A stretch of 64,000 nt of DNA from Oscillospiraceae bacterium (GTDB lineage Bacteria > Bacillota > Clostridia > Oscillospirales > Oscillospiraceae), in contig JAFQHV010000007.1 of the NCBI GenBank assembly GCA_017397835.1, positions 9,962 through 73,961 of the forward strand, in the 5' to 3' direction. Both the position numbers and the translations under genes were made by a program. Shown in pieces: positions 8,601 to 19,055 of the stretch. The first letter of the stretch is position 1. Each line of letters begins with the position of its first letter. The notes under the pieces are model-generated. The model had not been told where the DNA came from. It did no database searches and worked only from the letters and a program-made list of their open reading frames with translations.

Positions 8601-10085
8601 ATGCACTACATCAGCACTCGAAACAATCAACAGGGCTGCACTGCGGCACAGGCCATTTCGCAGGGTTTGGCACGGGATGGAGGACTGCTGACCCCTGCGT
8701 ACATTCCCAAGCTGCCAAAGGGCGCACTGGAGCAACTGTGTTCCATGTCTTACCAGCAGCGGGCCGTATACGTTATGGGCCTGTTTCTGGAGGATTTTTC
8801 CGCCAGTGAGCTGACCGGATTTGCGGCCAAGGCCTACGGAGCGGACAAATTTGATACCCCCGCCGTTGCCCCGGTCCATTCTCTGGACGATACGCTCCAC
8901 TGCTTGGAACTGTGGCACGGTCCTACCTGTGCCTTTAAGGATATGGCTCTGCAGATGCTGCCCCATCTGCTGACGGCTTCTCTGAAGAAGACGCAGGAGG
9001 ACAAGACCGTCTGCATCCTTGTGGCGACCTCCGGCGATACCGGCAAGGGCGCGCTGGAGGGCTTCCGCGATGTGGACAACACCCGCATCATGGTGTTCTA
9101 CCCCAAGGACGGTGTGTCTCAGGTGCAGCAGCTGCAGATGACCACCCAAGAGGGCAACAACGTGGGTGTCTGTGCAGTCCACGGCAACTTTGACGATGCC
9201 CAAACCGGCGTGAAGAAGCTGTTTTCCGACGAGGCCCTGCGGGATAAGCTGGCCCAGCGCGGCTATTTCCTGTCCTCTGCCAACTCCATCAACTGGGGAC
9301 GCGTGCTGCCTCAGATCGTCTACTACGTTTCCGCCTACTGCGATCTGGTTCGTGACGGCAAGCTGGCCATGGGTGACAAGCTGAATATCTGCGTCCCGAC
9401 CGGCAACTTCGGCAACATCCTTGCCGCCTACTACGCCGGTGAGATGGGCGTGCCTGTAGGCAAGCTGATCTGTGCCTCCAACAGCAACAACGTGCTGACT
9501 GAGTTCTTGACCACCGGCGTGTATGACCGCAATCGCACGTTCTTTACCACTACGTCGCCCTCCATGGACATTCTGATCTCCAGCAATCTGGAGCGTCTGC
9601 TGTACGCCGTGGAGCAGGATTCCGAGGCTGTGCGCGGCTATATGGAGCAGCTCAACGCCTGCGGCAGGTACGAGGTCAGCGACAGGGTCAAGGCGTGGAT
9701 CTCCCAGCGATTCTGTGCCGGCTTCTGTGACGACGCTCAGACCGCCAAGGTCATCGAGCGCATTTACCGCGAGCATAACTACCTCATCGATACTCACACC
9801 GCTGTGGCCTTTGACGTGATGGAACAGTATCGCCGTACCACCGGTGACGAGACCGCCGCGCTGGTGGTGTCTACCGCCAGCCCCTTCAAGTTCTGCGACA
9901 GCGTGCTGACCGCACTGGGACAGACCGAGATCGCCGACGGCCTTTCGGTGCTGGATCAGCTGACCGAGGTCACCGGCCGCACCGCCCCCGCTCCTTTGGC
10001 CGGGTTGAAGAACAAGACCGTCCGCTTCACGGCCAGTGTGGACAAGGAGCGCATGGAAGATGTGGTCCTTGGGATGCTGGACTGA
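8601..10085 (+). CDS. thrC: Threonine synthase
   Basis: 494 aa with 'MHYISTRN' N-terminus, PLP-lysine motif 'GPTCAFKDMALQ' and 'ATSGDTGKGA'. Confidence 0.93.
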   Translation: MHYISTRNNQQGCTAAQAISQGLARDGGLLTPAYIPKLPKGALEQLCSMSYQQRAVYVMGLFLEDFSASELTGFAAKAYGADKFDTPAVAPVHSLDDTLHCLELWHGPTCAFKDMALQMLPHLLTASLKKTQEDKTVCILVATSGDTGKGALEGFRDVDNTRIMVFYPKDGVSQVQQLQMTTQEGNNVGVCAVHGNFDDAQTGVKKLFSDEALRDKLAQRGYFLSSANSINWGRVLPQIVYYVSAYCDLVRDGKLAMGDKLNICVPTGNFGNILAAYYAGEMGVPVGKLICASNSNNVLTEFLTTGVYDRNRTFFTTTSPSMDILISSNLERLLYAVEQDSEAVRGYMEQLNACGRYEVSDRVKAWISQRFCAGFCDDAQTAKVIERIYREHNYLIDTHTAVAFDVMEQYRRTTGDETAALVVSTASPFKFCDSVLTALGQTEIADGLSVLDQLTEVTGRTAPAPLAGLKNKTVRFTASVDKERMEDVVLGMLD

Positions 10086-10086
10086 C

Positions 10087-10773
10087 ATGGGGCTGTTTGC
10101 GATTGGTGATACCCATCTCTCCCTGAAAAGCAACAAGTCCATGGAGGTTTTCGGCGGTCGCTGGGACGGTTACATGGACAAGCTGAAACAGGGCTTCGAG
10201 CAGGTGGGGGAGGAGGATACCGTCGTGATCTGCGGCGACGTGTCCTGGGGCATGAGTCTGGAGGAGTCGCGGGAAGACTTCGCGTTCCTGAACGACTTGC
10301 CCGGTAAGAAAATGCTGGTCAAGGGCAACCACGACTACTGGTGGACCACCGCAGCCAAAATGAACGCGTTTTTTGCGGAAAACGGCTTTAACAAGCTGTC
10401 GCTGCTGCACAACAACTGTGCCTTTTACGGCGATATTGCCCTGTGTGGTACCCGCGGCTGGTTCTTTGAGGAAGAGCGGGGCGAACACAGCGCCAAGATA
10501 TTTAACCGGGAATTGATCCGGCTGGAGGCATCGCTGAAGGCGGCGGGGGAGCGGGAGAAATACTGCTTCCTCCACTATCCGCCCCTGTGCACCGGCTACC
10601 GCTGCGAGGAGATATTGGAACTGATGCGCCGATACGGCGTGACCCGCTGCTACGCGGGGCATCTCCACGGCCCCAGCCACCGGTTTGCGTACTGCGGAAC
10701 AGACAACGGGATCGAGTTCCGCATGGTTGCAGCTGATTTTATCGGCTTTTTGCCCGAAAAAATTTGCGAATAA
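10087..10773 (+). CDS. Metallophosphoesterase family protein
   Basis: ATG 1 nt after the thrC stop. 'FAIGDTHL', 'ICGDVSWG' and 'KGNHDYWW' are metal-binding motifs. Confidence 0.85.
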   Translation: MGLFAIGDTHLSLKSNKSMEVFGGRWDGYMDKLKQGFEQVGEEDTVVICGDVSWGMSLEESREDFAFLNDLPGKKMLVKGNHDYWWTTAAKMNAFFAENGFNKLSLLHNNCAFYGDIALCGTRGWFFEEERGEHSAKIFNRELIRLEASLKAAGEREKYCFLHYPPLCTGYRCEEILELMRRYGVTRCYAGHLHGPSHRFAYCGTDNGIEFRMVAADFIGFLPEKICE

Positions 10774-10899
10774 ACTATAAAAAAAGCAATTTACATCTAG
10801 AAAAACCAAAACAAATCTGTTAGAATAAACGAGTTAAAGCATTTTGGCATATTATTCCGGCCCGAAACGGACCCGAAATGCCGACAGGAGGAAAAAGAA

Positions 10900-12399
10900 A
10901 TGACCGTTACCAATGTTGAAAAGAAAGAAAACAGCACTGTTGAGCTTACCATCGAGGTGGGCGCCGAGGCATTTGAGGCTGCCGTTCAGAAGGCTTACCT
11001 GAAGAACCGCCCCACCATCAGCATCCCCGGTTTCCGCAAGGGTAAGGCTCCCCGTGCTATTGTCGAGAAGCTGTACGGCGCTTCTATCTTCTATGAGGAC
11101 GCTATCAACGAGCTGTATCCCGCCGCTTATGCCGAGGCTGTTGCCGAGCAGAAGCTGGACGAGGTCGGCTATCCCAAGATGGAGATCGTCACTGTCGGCA
11201 AGGAGGGCTTTACCTTCAAGGCTATCGTCAGCGTCCGTCCTGAGGTGAAGCTGGGCACCTACAAGGGCCTGTCTGCCCCCAAGACCGTTGCCAAGGTCAC
11301 CGAGAAGGACATCAACGAGGAGCTGACCCCCTACGTTGCCCGCGCGACCCGCTTGGTGGCTGTCAAGCGCAAGGCCAAGAAGGGTGACACCGCGGTTATC
11401 GATTTCGAGGGCTTCATGGACGGCAAGCCTTTTGAGGGCGGCAAGGGTGAGAACTACAGCCTGGAGCTGGGTTCCGGTTCCTTCATTCCCGGCTTCGAGG
11501 AGCAGCTGATCGGCGCCAAGGCCGGCGAGGAGAAGGAGCTGAACCTGACCTTCCCCGAGGAGTACGTTGCCGATCTGGCCGGCAAGGACGTTGTGTTCAA
11601 GGTCAAGGTCAACGAGGTCAAGGAGGCCGTCAAGCCCGAGCTGGACGACGAGTTTGCCAAGGACGTGTCCGAGTTCGACACGCTGGAGGCGTTCAAGAAG
11701 GATCTGGCCGACAAGCTGACCGCCAAGCGCACTGAGGCTGCCGAACGTGATTATGAGCAGGCCATCATTGACCAGCTTATCGAGAAGATGACGGTTACCG
11801 TTCCCGAGACTATGGTGGACGTGCAGGTCGACCGCATGATGGACGACTTTGCCAACCGCGTGGCTGCTCAGGGCATGGATTTCAACCAGTACCTGCAGAT
11901 GATGGGCATGAACGCCGACATGATGCGCATGAGCGCCCGCCCCAACGCCGAGAAGCAGGTGAAGGTGGAGCTGGCTTTGGATGCCGTTGCCGCCGCCGAG
12001 AAGCTGGAAGTTTCCGATGAGGAGGCCGAGGCCGAGCTGCAGCGTCTGGCCGAGCAGTACAGCATGGAGCTGGACAAGGTCAAGAGCGTGGTCCCTGCCG
12101 AGGAGCTGAAGAAGGACCTGCTGAAGAAGAAGGCTTCCGACTTCGTGTTTGCCAACGCCAAGGTCAAGGCTGCTGCCAAGAAGGCTGCCCCTAAGGCTGA
12201 GGAGCCCGCTGCCGAGGCTGCTGAGGCCAAGCCTGCAGCCAAGAAGGCATCTACCGCCAAAAAGACGACCGCCGCCAAGGCGGACGAGGCCAAGCCCGCT
12301 GCTAAGAAGACCACTGCGGCCAAGGCTGGCGAGGCCAAGCCCGCCGCCAAGAAGACCACTACCGCCAAAAAGCCTGCCGCCAAGAAGACCGAGGAATAA
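10900..12399 (+). CDS. tig: Trigger factor with a C-terminal Lys/Ala/Pro-rich extension
   Basis: 499 aa with ribosome-binding signature 'GFRKGKAPR' and an FKBP-type PPIase core. The last approximately 77 aa form a low-complexity AKPAAKK-type tail. Confidence 0.95.
   Translation: MTVTNVEKKENSTVELTIEVGAEAFEAAVQKAYLKNRPTISIPGFRKGKAPRAIVEKLYGASIFYEDAINELYPAAYAEAVAEQKLDEVGYPKMEIVTVGKEGFTFKAIVSVRPEVKLGTYKGLSAPKTVAKVTEKDINEELTPYVARATRLVAVKRKAKKGDTAVIDFEGFMDGKPFEGGKGENYSLELGSGSFIPGFEEQLIGAKAGEEKELNLTFPEEYVADLAGKDVVFKVKVNEVKEAVKPELDDEFAKDVSEFDTLEAFKKDLADKLTAKRTEAAERDYEQAIIDQLIEKMTVTVPETMVDVQVDRMMDDFANRVAAQGMDFNQYLQMMGMNADMMRMSARPNAEKQVKVELALDAVAAAEKLEVSDEEAEAELQRLAEQYSMELDKVKSVVPAEELKKDLLKKKASDFVFANAKVKAAAKKAAPKAEEPAAEAAEAKPAAKKASTAKKTTAAKADEAKPAAKKTTAAKAGEAKPAAKKTTTAKKPAAKKTEE
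12223..12396 (+). repeat. In-frame tandem repeats encoding EAKPAAKK(T/A)... units in the tig 3' end
   Basis: GAGGCCAAGCC(T/C)GC..GC.AAGAAG recurs at 12223, 12286 and 12331. The unit lengths are 63, 45 and about 60 nt. Confidence 0.85.
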
Positions 12400-12455
12400 T
12401 CTTCCGGCGCGCGGACATAATGTAGTGACAGATTTGTCCGGAAGGAGATTTATCC

Positions 12456-13037
12456 ATGAGTTTCATTCCCTACGTTGTTGAACAGACCAACCGCGGCGAG
12501 CGGTCCTACGACATTTTCTCCCGCCTGCTCAACGACCGTATCATTTTCCTGTCCGAGGAGGTCAACGATACCACCGCAAGCCTTGTGGTGGCTCAGTTGC
12601 TGTACCTCGAGGCCCAGGATCCCGACAAGGACATCCAGTTCTACATCAACAGTCCCGGTGGCTCCGTGACCGCCGGCATGGCGATCTACGACACCATGCA
12701 GTATATCAAGTGCGATGTTTCCACCATCTGCATCGGTATGGCTGCCAGCATGGGCGCGTTCCTGCTGTCCGCCGGTACCAAGGGCAAGCGTTATGCGCTG
12801 CCCAATGCGGAGATCATGATCCATCAGCCTTCTGCGGGTACGCAGGGCCAGGTGACCGATATGGCCATCCACCTCAAGCGCCTTGAGGTCATCAAGCAGC
12901 GCATGAACCGCATCATGGCGGAAAACACCGGCAAGAGTGTCGAGACCGTTACTGCCGACTGTGAGCGCGACAACTTTATGACCGCCGAGCAGGCTGTGGA
13001 ATACGGTCTGATCGACAAAGTGATCGAGAAACGATAA
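12456..13037 (+). CDS. clpP: ATP-dependent Clp protease proteolytic subunit
   Basis: 193 aa with '[11 protein letters not shown]', catalytic Ser in 'GMAASMG' and 'IMIHQP'. Confidence 0.98.
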   Translation: MSFIPYVVEQTNRGERSYDIFSRLLNDRIIFLSEEVNDTTASLVVAQLLYLEAQDPDKDIQFYINSPGGSVTAGMAIYDTMQYIKCDVSTICIGMAASMGAFLLSAGTKGKRYALPNAEIMIHQPSAGTQGQVTDMAIHLKRLEVIKQRMNRIMAENTGKSVETVTADCERDNFMTAEQAVEYGLIDKVIEKR

Positions 13038-13047
13038 GTCAGCCGGG

Positions 13048-13080
13048 GGAGTGGGGGCAGAAGTCTGCCTCCACTCCTTT
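13048..13080 (+). terminator. Hairpin (possible partial terminator/attenuator) between clpP and clpX
   Basis: GGAGTGGGGGCAG-AAGT-CTGCCTCCACTCC: about 12-bp stem with one bulge, followed by only TTT. Confidence 0.35.
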
Positions 13081-13098
13081 GAGCGATAAGGAGTCATT

Positions 13099-14385
13099 AT
13101 GGGAAAAAACGACGAAAAGAAGGCACTGCGCTGTTCTTTCTGCGGGAAGCATCAGGAGCAGGTCCAGCGGCTGATCGCCGGACCGAGCGCCTATATCTGC
13201 AACGAGTGTGTGAACCTGTGTCTGGGAATTCTGGACTCTGATATGGAACAGCAGAGTTATGTCCCTGAGGTTGAGGTGCCGGACGAGATCCCTACGCCCA
13301 AGCAGATCAAGGAGTATTTGGACCAGTATATTATCGGTCAGGAGCAGGCCAAGATTGCCCTGTCTGTTTCTGTGTACAACCACTATAAGCGTATCTACTT
13401 CGGCGGCGCCGACGACGTGGAACTGCAGAAGAGCAACATTCTGTTGGTGGGTCCCACCGGCTGCGGCAAGACTCTGTTTGCCCAGTCTTTGGCACGCATT
13501 CTGAATGTGCCGTTTGCCATTGCCGATGCAACCACCCTGACCGAGGCCGGTTACGTGGGTGATGACGTAGAGAACATTTTGCTGCGCCTTGTTCAGGCCG
13601 CGGACTACGATGTGGAGCTGGCCGAGCGGGGCATTATCTACATCGACGAGATGGACAAGATCGCCCGCAAGAGCGAGAATACCTCCATCACCCGCGATGT
13701 GTCCGGCGAGGGTGTGCAGCAGGCTCTGCTGAAGATTTTGGAGGGTACCGTTGCCAACGTGCCGCCTCAGGGTGGCCGCAAGCACCCCCATCAGGAGTTC
13801 ATCCAGATCGACACCCGTAATATCCTGTTCATCTGCGGCGGCGCATTCGAGGGTATCGAAAAGATCATCGAAAGCCGACTGGACCGCAAAAGCATGGGCT
13901 TCGGTGCCGAGATCCAAAGCAAGAAAGAGCGTAATGTGGGCGAGATTATTAAGGAGATCCAGCCTCAGGACCTGCTGAAATTCGGCATCATTCCCGAGCT
14001 GGTGGGCCGTTTGCCCGTGCTGACCACGCTGGAGTCTTTGGATGTGGAGCAGATGGTGCGCATCCTGACCGAACCCAAGAACGCTCTGGTCAAGCAGTAT
14101 AAAAAGCTGATGGACTATGATGAGGTGGAGCTGGAGTTCCAGCCGGAGGCACTGCGTGCCGTGGCGGAACGTGCGGTGGAGCGCAGCATCGGCGCCCGCG
14201 GCCTGCGCGCCATTTTGGAGGAGGTCATGACCCAGGTCATGTTCCAGACACCCTCCGACCCCACCATTGTCAAGGTGGTCATCACGCCGGAGAGTGTGCG
14301 GGGCGAGAAGCAGCCGGAGCTGCTGCACGACCCGAACCGACTGGAGCGTCCCACCCTTGGCAAGGCCGCCCTGCGTGCGGAATAA
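13099..14385 (+). CDS. clpX: ATP-dependent Clp protease ATP-binding subunit ClpX
   Basis: 428 aa with Zn-finger 'CSFCGK...CNEC' and Walker A 'GPTGCGKT'. Confidence 0.98.
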   Translation: MGKNDEKKALRCSFCGKHQEQVQRLIAGPSAYICNECVNLCLGILDSDMEQQSYVPEVEVPDEIPTPKQIKEYLDQYIIGQEQAKIALSVSVYNHYKRIYFGGADDVELQKSNILLVGPTGCGKTLFAQSLARILNVPFAIADATTLTEAGYVGDDVENILLRLVQAADYDVELAERGIIYIDEMDKIARKSENTSITRDVSGEGVQQALLKILEGTVANVPPQGGRKHPHQEFIQIDTRNILFICGGAFEGIEKIIESRLDRKSMGFGAEIQSKKERNVGEIIKEIQPQDLLKFGIIPELVGRLPVLTTLESLDVEQMVRILTEPKNALVKQYKKLMDYDEVELEFQPEALRAVAERAVERSIGARGLRAILEEVMTQVMFQTPSDPTIVKVVITPESVRGEKQPELLHDPNRLERPTLGKAALRAE

Positions 14386-14409
14386 GGCGGCCGCAAATCC
14401 TGAATTGAC

Positions 14410-14450
14410 ACGTCCCGCAGAGCACGCTGTGTGGTCTGCGGGACGTTTTG
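14410..14450 (+). terminator. Intrinsic terminator after clpX
   Basis: ACGTCCCGCAG-N15-CTGCGGGACGT followed by TTTT. Confidence 0.7.
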
Positions 14451-14477
14451 ACTATCTCCGAGAGGAAGTGATCGACT

Positions 14478-16880
14478 ATGGAGAAGCAGATATTTAACCT
14501 ATTTATGCCCACTGTGGCTCTGCGCGGTTTGACCGTGTTTCCCGGTTCGCTGATCCATTTTGACGTGGGCCGCAAGCGTTCTATTGAGGCATTTGAAAAG
14601 GCTTTGGAGGATGCGAGTCCCATCTTCCTGGTTCCCCAGCGTGATATGTCGGTGGAGGACCCCGCCCAGGAGGATCTGTACCCGGTGGGTGTGCTCGCCA
14701 ACGTCAAGCAGCTGCTGCGTATCCCCGGTAATAACGTGCGCGTGATGGTGGAGGGCTTTGCCCGCGGCCGTCTGGTGCGCATTTCCAAGACCGACCCCTA
14801 CCTTATCGGCGAGGTGGAGCAGATCGCGGAGCGCCCCGCCAAGGTTACGGCCAAGACCGAGGCGCTGATTCGTCGCACATACGAATTGTTCCAGCAGTAC
14901 ATGGAGGTTGGACCGCAGACTTCCGCTGATTTGCTCATCAAGATTTTGGCCAGCGATGACCCCGGGTTCATTGCCGACTTTGTGGCGCAGAATATCCCGA
15001 TGCGTAACGATGACAAGCAGCTTGTGCTGGCGGAGGTCAATCCCGTGCGCCGTTTGGAGAAGATGTACCGCCTGCTGGTCCGCGAGGTGGACATCTTGGT
15101 TTTGGATCAGCAGATCCAAAACAAGGCCAAGGAGCAGATGTCCGACAATCAGCGGGACTACTATCTGCGTGAGCAGATCAAAGCCATCCAGTCCGAACTG
15201 GGTGAGGGTGATGCCGACAGTGAGATCGGGGAGTACCGAGCCAAAATTGAAGGGGCGGACCTGCCTGAGCAGGTGCGGGAACGGCTTGTAAAGGAAGTTA
15301 ACCGGTTGGCCAAGCAGCCGTTCGGCTCTGCCGAGGCCACGGTCATGCGCAGCTATTTGGATACCTGTCTGGAGCTGCCGTGGAATAAGAAAAGCAAGGA
15401 AAAGGTCAGCGTGGATCACGCTCGCCGGGTACTGGACCGCGACCACTACGGACTTGACAAGGTCAAGGAACGCATTTTGGAGTTTTTGGCTGTCAAGCAG
15501 CTGGCCCCCGATCTGAAGGGGCAGATCATCTGCCTGGTCGGCCCTCCCGGTGTGGGTAAGACTTCCGTAGCCATGTCCGTGGCCCGGGCCCTGAACCGCA
15601 AGCTGGCCCGCATTTCTCTGGGCGGTGTCAGTGACGAGGCGGAGATCCGCGGCCATCGCAAGACCTATATCGGTTCCATGCCCGGCCGCATCCTGAATGC
15701 CATCAACCAGGCGGGTGTTTCCAACCCCTTGCTGCTGCTGGATGAGATCGACAAGCTGGGACACGACCATCGCGGCGATCCGGCTTCCGCGCTGCTGGAG
15801 GTTCTGGATGGAGAGCAGAACAGCACTTTCCGCGATAACTTTGTGGAGCTGCCTTTTGACCTGTCCGACGTGATGTTTATTACCACGGCGAACACAACCT
15901 CCACCATTCCCAAGCCGCTGTTGGACCGCATGGAAGTCATTGAACTGTCCAGCTACACCGACGAGGAAAAGCTGCGTATTGCAAAGGACTATCTCTGTCC
16001 CCGACAGCTTAAGCGGCATGGACTGACAAAAAGCAAGCTGGCCGTGACCGATGCTGCCCTGCGCCGCATGATCTGTGAATATACCCGCGAGTCCGGTGTG
16101 CGCGTGCTGGAGCGACAGGTTGCATCCGTGTGCAGAAAGGCAGCGATGGCCTTTGTTGCAAGCGATGTAAAGAGAATTACCATTACAGCGGAGAATTTGG
16201 AACAGTATTTGGGTGTACCCAAGTACCGTCCGGAGCGACAGGCACTTGAGGAGCGTGTCGGCGTAGTCAACGGGCTTGCGTGGACCAGTGTTGGCGGTGA
16301 GCTGCTGGAAGTGGAAGTCAACGCCGTACCCGGCACCGGAAAGATCGAGCTGACCGGCAATCTGGGTGACGTGATGAAAGAGTCTGCCCATGCGGCTCAC
16401 ACCTACATACGCAGCCGCGCGGAAAAACTGGGCATTGATCCGGAGTTCTACAAGCACACGGATATCCACGCCCATTTCCCGGAGGGAGCCGTTCCCAAGG
16501 ACGGCCCTTCGGCCGGCATTGCCATTACTACGGCTATGGTTTCCGCTCTGACCGGTCAGCCGGTCCGGGCCGGTATTGCCATGACGGGTGAAGTCACCCT
16601 GCGCGGTCGGGTACTTGCCATCGGCGGTCTGAAAGAAAAGACCATGGCGGCTCTGCGCAGCGGGATTCATACGGTCATTATTCCCAGGGACAATGAGAAG
16701 GACCTGGAAGAAATTGACCAAACGGTCCGTGCAGGTCTGCATTTTGTGGCGGTTGACCACGTGGATCAAGTGCTGGATCGTGTGCTGCTGAAGCGGGCAG
16801 AGGAGCGGCCGCCCGCCGTTGCGTGCATGGCTTTGGAGGGGAAACAGGCGGATCACGCCGTATCGGCGTGGAAGCAGTAA
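14478..16880 (+). CDS. lon: Endopeptidase La (Lon protease, LonA type)
   Basis: 800 aa with an N-terminal LON domain, Walker A 'GPPGVGKTS' and catalytic 'KDGPSAG'. Confidence 0.97.
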   Translation: MEKQIFNLFMPTVALRGLTVFPGSLIHFDVGRKRSIEAFEKALEDASPIFLVPQRDMSVEDPAQEDLYPVGVLANVKQLLRIPGNNVRVMVEGFARGRLVRISKTDPYLIGEVEQIAERPAKVTAKTEALIRRTYELFQQYMEVGPQTSADLLIKILASDDPGFIADFVAQNIPMRNDDKQLVLAEVNPVRRLEKMYRLLVREVDILVLDQQIQNKAKEQMSDNQRDYYLREQIKAIQSELGEGDADSEIGEYRAKIEGADLPEQVRERLVKEVNRLAKQPFGSAEATVMRSYLDTCLELPWNKKSKEKVSVDHARRVLDRDHYGLDKVKERILEFLAVKQLAPDLKGQIICLVGPPGVGKTSVAMSVARALNRKLARISLGGVSDEAEIRGHRKTYIGSMPGRILNAINQAGVSNPLLLLDEIDKLGHDHRGDPASALLEVLDGEQNSTFRDNFVELPFDLSDVMFITTANTTSTIPKPLLDRMEVIELSSYTDEEKLRIAKDYLCPRQLKRHGLTKSKLAVTDAALRRMICEYTRESGVRVLERQVASVCRKAAMAFVASDVKRITITAENLEQYLGVPKYRPERQALEERVGVVNGLAWTSVGGELLEVEVNAVPGTGKIELTGNLGDVMKESAHAAHTYIRSRAEKLGIDPEFYKHTDIHAHFPEGAVPKDGPSAGIAITTAMVSALTGQPVRAGIAMTGEVTLRGRVLAIGGLKEKTMAALRSGIHTVIIPRDNEKDLEEIDQTVRAGLHFVAVDHVDQVLDRVLLKRAEERPPAVACMALEGKQADHAVSAWKQ

Positions 16881-16892
16881 GGAGGGATTTGC

Positions 16893-17492
16893 GTGGCGAT
16901 AAACCTTCAAAACGCTGAATTCATCCGTTCGGCGGTCAAACGCAGCGATTTTCCGCAGAACAGCATGGTTCAGGTGGCCTTTGCAGGCCGCTCCAACGTG
17001 GGAAAGTCCTCTGTGATCAACCGCTTGCTTAACCGCAAGAACTTTGCCCGTGTGGGTGCTATGCCGGGCAAAACCATCCACATCAATTATTTTTTGATCG
17101 ACAAGGTCTTTTATTTGGTTGATTTGCCCGGCTACGGTTACGCGCAGGTTTCCAAAGGGGAACGTGATCGCTGGGGCAGACTGATGGAGGAATACTTTGC
17201 TGATCCCGACCAGATGACTATGGGTGTGATGATCGTGGATTCCCGGCACAAGCCCACGGCCGACGACTGCACTATGGCACGGTGGTACAAGGAGGCAGGG
17301 CGCCCCTTTATCGTGGTTGCGAACAAGCTGGACAAGCTGAAGAAAAAGGAGATCGAGCCGAACTTGACGCAGATCCGTCAAACACTTGAATTGGGTGACG
17401 ATGTAAAGCTTATTCCCTTTTCGGCTGAAAAGGGAACGGGGCGCCAGGAACTGCTCAATGAGATCTTTGCCTGCGTAGAACGGGGCAAGTGA
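16893..17492 (+). CDS. engB: Ribosome biogenesis GTP-binding protein YihA/YsxC (EngB)
   Basis: GTG start. 199 aa with 'FAGRSNVGKSS' and 'DLPGYGYA'. It holds the conserved position after lon. Confidence 0.93.
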   Translation: MAINLQNAEFIRSAVKRSDFPQNSMVQVAFAGRSNVGKSSVINRLLNRKNFARVGAMPGKTIHINYFLIDKVFYLVDLPGYGYAQVSKGERDRWGRLMEEYFADPDQMTMGVMIVDSRHKPTADDCTMARWYKEAGRPFIVVANKLDKLKKKEIEPNLTQIRQTLELGDDVKLIPFSAEKGTGRQELLNEIFACVERGK

Positions 17493-17502
17493 CGGAACGT
17501 GA

Positions 17503-17535
17503 AAATGCCCGGATGTTTGGTCCGGGCATTTTTCT
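17503..17535 (+). terminator. Intrinsic terminator after engB
   Basis: ATGCCCGGA-N7-TCCGGGCAT followed by TTTTT. Confidence 0.8.
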
Positions 17536-17559
17536 ATGCCCGAAAGCGGAGAAAACCGC

Positions 17560-17588
17560 TTGTAATGTGGCGTGAAATTTGATATACT
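17560..17588 (+). promoter_or_regulatory. Sigma-A-type promoter for scpA operon
   Basis: TTGTAA-17 nt-TATACT, about 40 nt upstream of the scpA start. Confidence 0.55.
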
Positions 17589-17629
17589 ACTATAAATTGT
17601 GTGATGCGTTCACGGAAGGGAGGTGCGGA

Positions 17630-18427
17630 ATGGAAAGTCCCATTTATCATCTGGAAGGTGTCGTGAAAGCGAAAGAAGCGGACATGGAGGATTTTGTGGG
17701 TCCTCTGGATCTGATTCTGCACCTGCTCAGCAAGAACAAGATGGAAATCAAGGACATTCAAATCTCCTTGATTTTGGAGCAATATCTGGAGTGGATGGCT
17801 CAGCGCAAGGAACTGGACCTGGAAGTGGCCAGCGAGTTTGTGACCATGGCATCCCACCTGATCTATATCAAAACGCGTATGCTGCTGTCTATCCACGATG
17901 AAGAGGCTGTGTCCGAGATGGAGCAGCTGATCGCCACGCTGGAGGCACATCAGCGCAACGAGAATTATGTTCGCTTGAAAGAGGTCATTCCCAAGCTAGA
18001 TCAGCGCTATTCCTACGGTCGGAATTATATGACCAAAGGTCCGGAACCATTGCGTAGGGATCATACATACCACTATGTGCATGAAGCGGACGACCTGCGT
18101 CGTGCCATGGGAGAGGTGCTCAGCCGTTCCGGCAGCAAGCTGCCCCCGCCGGTGGCTGCGTTTCAGGGCATCGTGGGTCGCGAACCCTATCCCGTTGCCG
18201 ATAAGGCCGGCGAGATCATTCGCCGCCTGATCCGATTCGGCGTGACCCGGTTCCGCGCCCTGTTCCGGGGCAACAAGAGCCGGTCGGAGATCGTGGCCAC
18301 ATTCCTTGCGGTTTTGGAACTGTGCAAGGCCAGCCGCTTGCGCCTTGCCGGTACGGAGGAGGACTGTACCGTGACCTCCACGAAAAACGAAGAAGACGAC
18401 TTGAATTTTACCGCTGACAGCTATTGA
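17630..18427 (+). CDS. scpA: Segregation and condensation protein A
   Basis: ATG at 17630 after a GGGAGG SD; the 17579 ORF start has no SD. 'FVGPLDLILHLLSKNKMEIKDIQIS' is the typical ScpA N-terminus. Confidence 0.9.
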   Translation: MESPIYHLEGVVKAKEADMEDFVGPLDLILHLLSKNKMEIKDIQISLILEQYLEWMAQRKELDLEVASEFVTMASHLIYIKTRMLLSIHDEEAVSEMEQLIATLEAHQRNENYVRLKEVIPKLDQRYSYGRNYMTKGPEPLRRDHTYHYVHEADDLRRAMGEVLSRSGSKLPPPVAAFQGIVGREPYPVADKAGEIIRRLIRFGVTRFRALFRGNKSRSEIVATFLAVLELCKASRLRLAGTEEDCTVTSTKNEEDDLNFTADSY

Positions 18428-18440
18428 GGAGCGTGTAAGG

Positions 18441-19055
18441 ATGGAAGTAAAAGAATTGCAGGCGGTCCTTGAGGGCATCCTGTTTGCATCCGGTGAACCG
18501 GTGGCGGCAGAGCGCCTGTGCGCCACACTGGACGTAGATCGCGGCACACTGGATCAGGTTGCCCAGCACTTGATGGACGAATACAGCTTCCAGCGCCGCG
18601 GCATTCGCCTTGTGAAACTGGAAAACAGCTATCAGCTTTGTTCTGCGCCTGAGTATGCAGAGCATATCCGTAAGACCTTGGAGAGCCGCAAGCCCGCCCG
18701 ACTGTCCCAGTCGGCACTGGAGGCTCTTGCGGTCGTTGCCTACTACCAGCCGGTCACCCGCACTTATGTGGATCAGATCCGCGGGGTGGACAGTTCTTAC
18801 ACCATGAGTCTGCTGCTGGAACGCGATTTGATTGAAGAATGCGGCAGACTGGCGGTTCCCGGGCGTCCTATCCTGTTTCGCACCACAAAAAACTTCCTGC
18901 GCTCGTTCAGCATGAGCGGTTTGGATGAACTGCCTGAGCTGCCCAACGCCTCGGCCGAGGACGGGCAGATCACGCTGGAACTGGAGGCGGCTGTGGCTCG
19001 CCTGCGCCAGGAAGAGGAACAGGCTCAGCAGGAGCAGGAAGAGCCGGTGGTATGA
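18441..19055 (+). CDS. scpB: Segregation and condensation protein B
   Basis: 204 aa with 'LEGILFASGEPV' and 'ALEALAVVAYYQPVTR..V..IRGV'. Confidence 0.92.
   Translation: MEVKELQAVLEGILFASGEPVAAERLCATLDVDRGTLDQVAQHLMDEYSFQRRGIRLVKLENSYQLCSAPEYAEHIRKTLESRKPARLSQSALEALAVVAYYQPVTRTYVDQIRGVDSSYTMSLLLERDLIEECGRLAVPGRPILFRTTKNFLRSFSMSGLDELPELPNASAEDGQITLELEAAVARLRQEEEQAQQEQEEPVV

Noticed and set aside
11868-12383. 171-aa minus-strand ORF with a repetitive hydrophobic AAGLAS/VVFLA sequence.
   Set aside because: It is the reverse-complement reading of the trigger factor KPAAKK repeat region. The repetitiveness comes from the sense-strand repeats.
12400-12455. CtsR operator or CIRCE element upstream of clpP, and an SD-sequestering hairpin.
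   Set aside because: There is no GGTCAAA direct repeat and no CIRCE palindrome. The two possible stems (CTTCCGG/CCGGAAG and CGGACA/TGTCCG) are short and mutually exclusive, which is too weak to call. clpP is probably co-transcribed with tig.
14499-17381. 960-aa ORF on the minus strand spanning all of lon and part of engB.
   Set aside because: It is antisense to two genes with unmistakable motifs (Lon Walker A and Ser-Lys dyad; EngB G1). Its translation is low-complexity and rich in G, R, L, H and Q, with no recognisable domain. Long open antisense frames are expected in GC-rich coding DNA.
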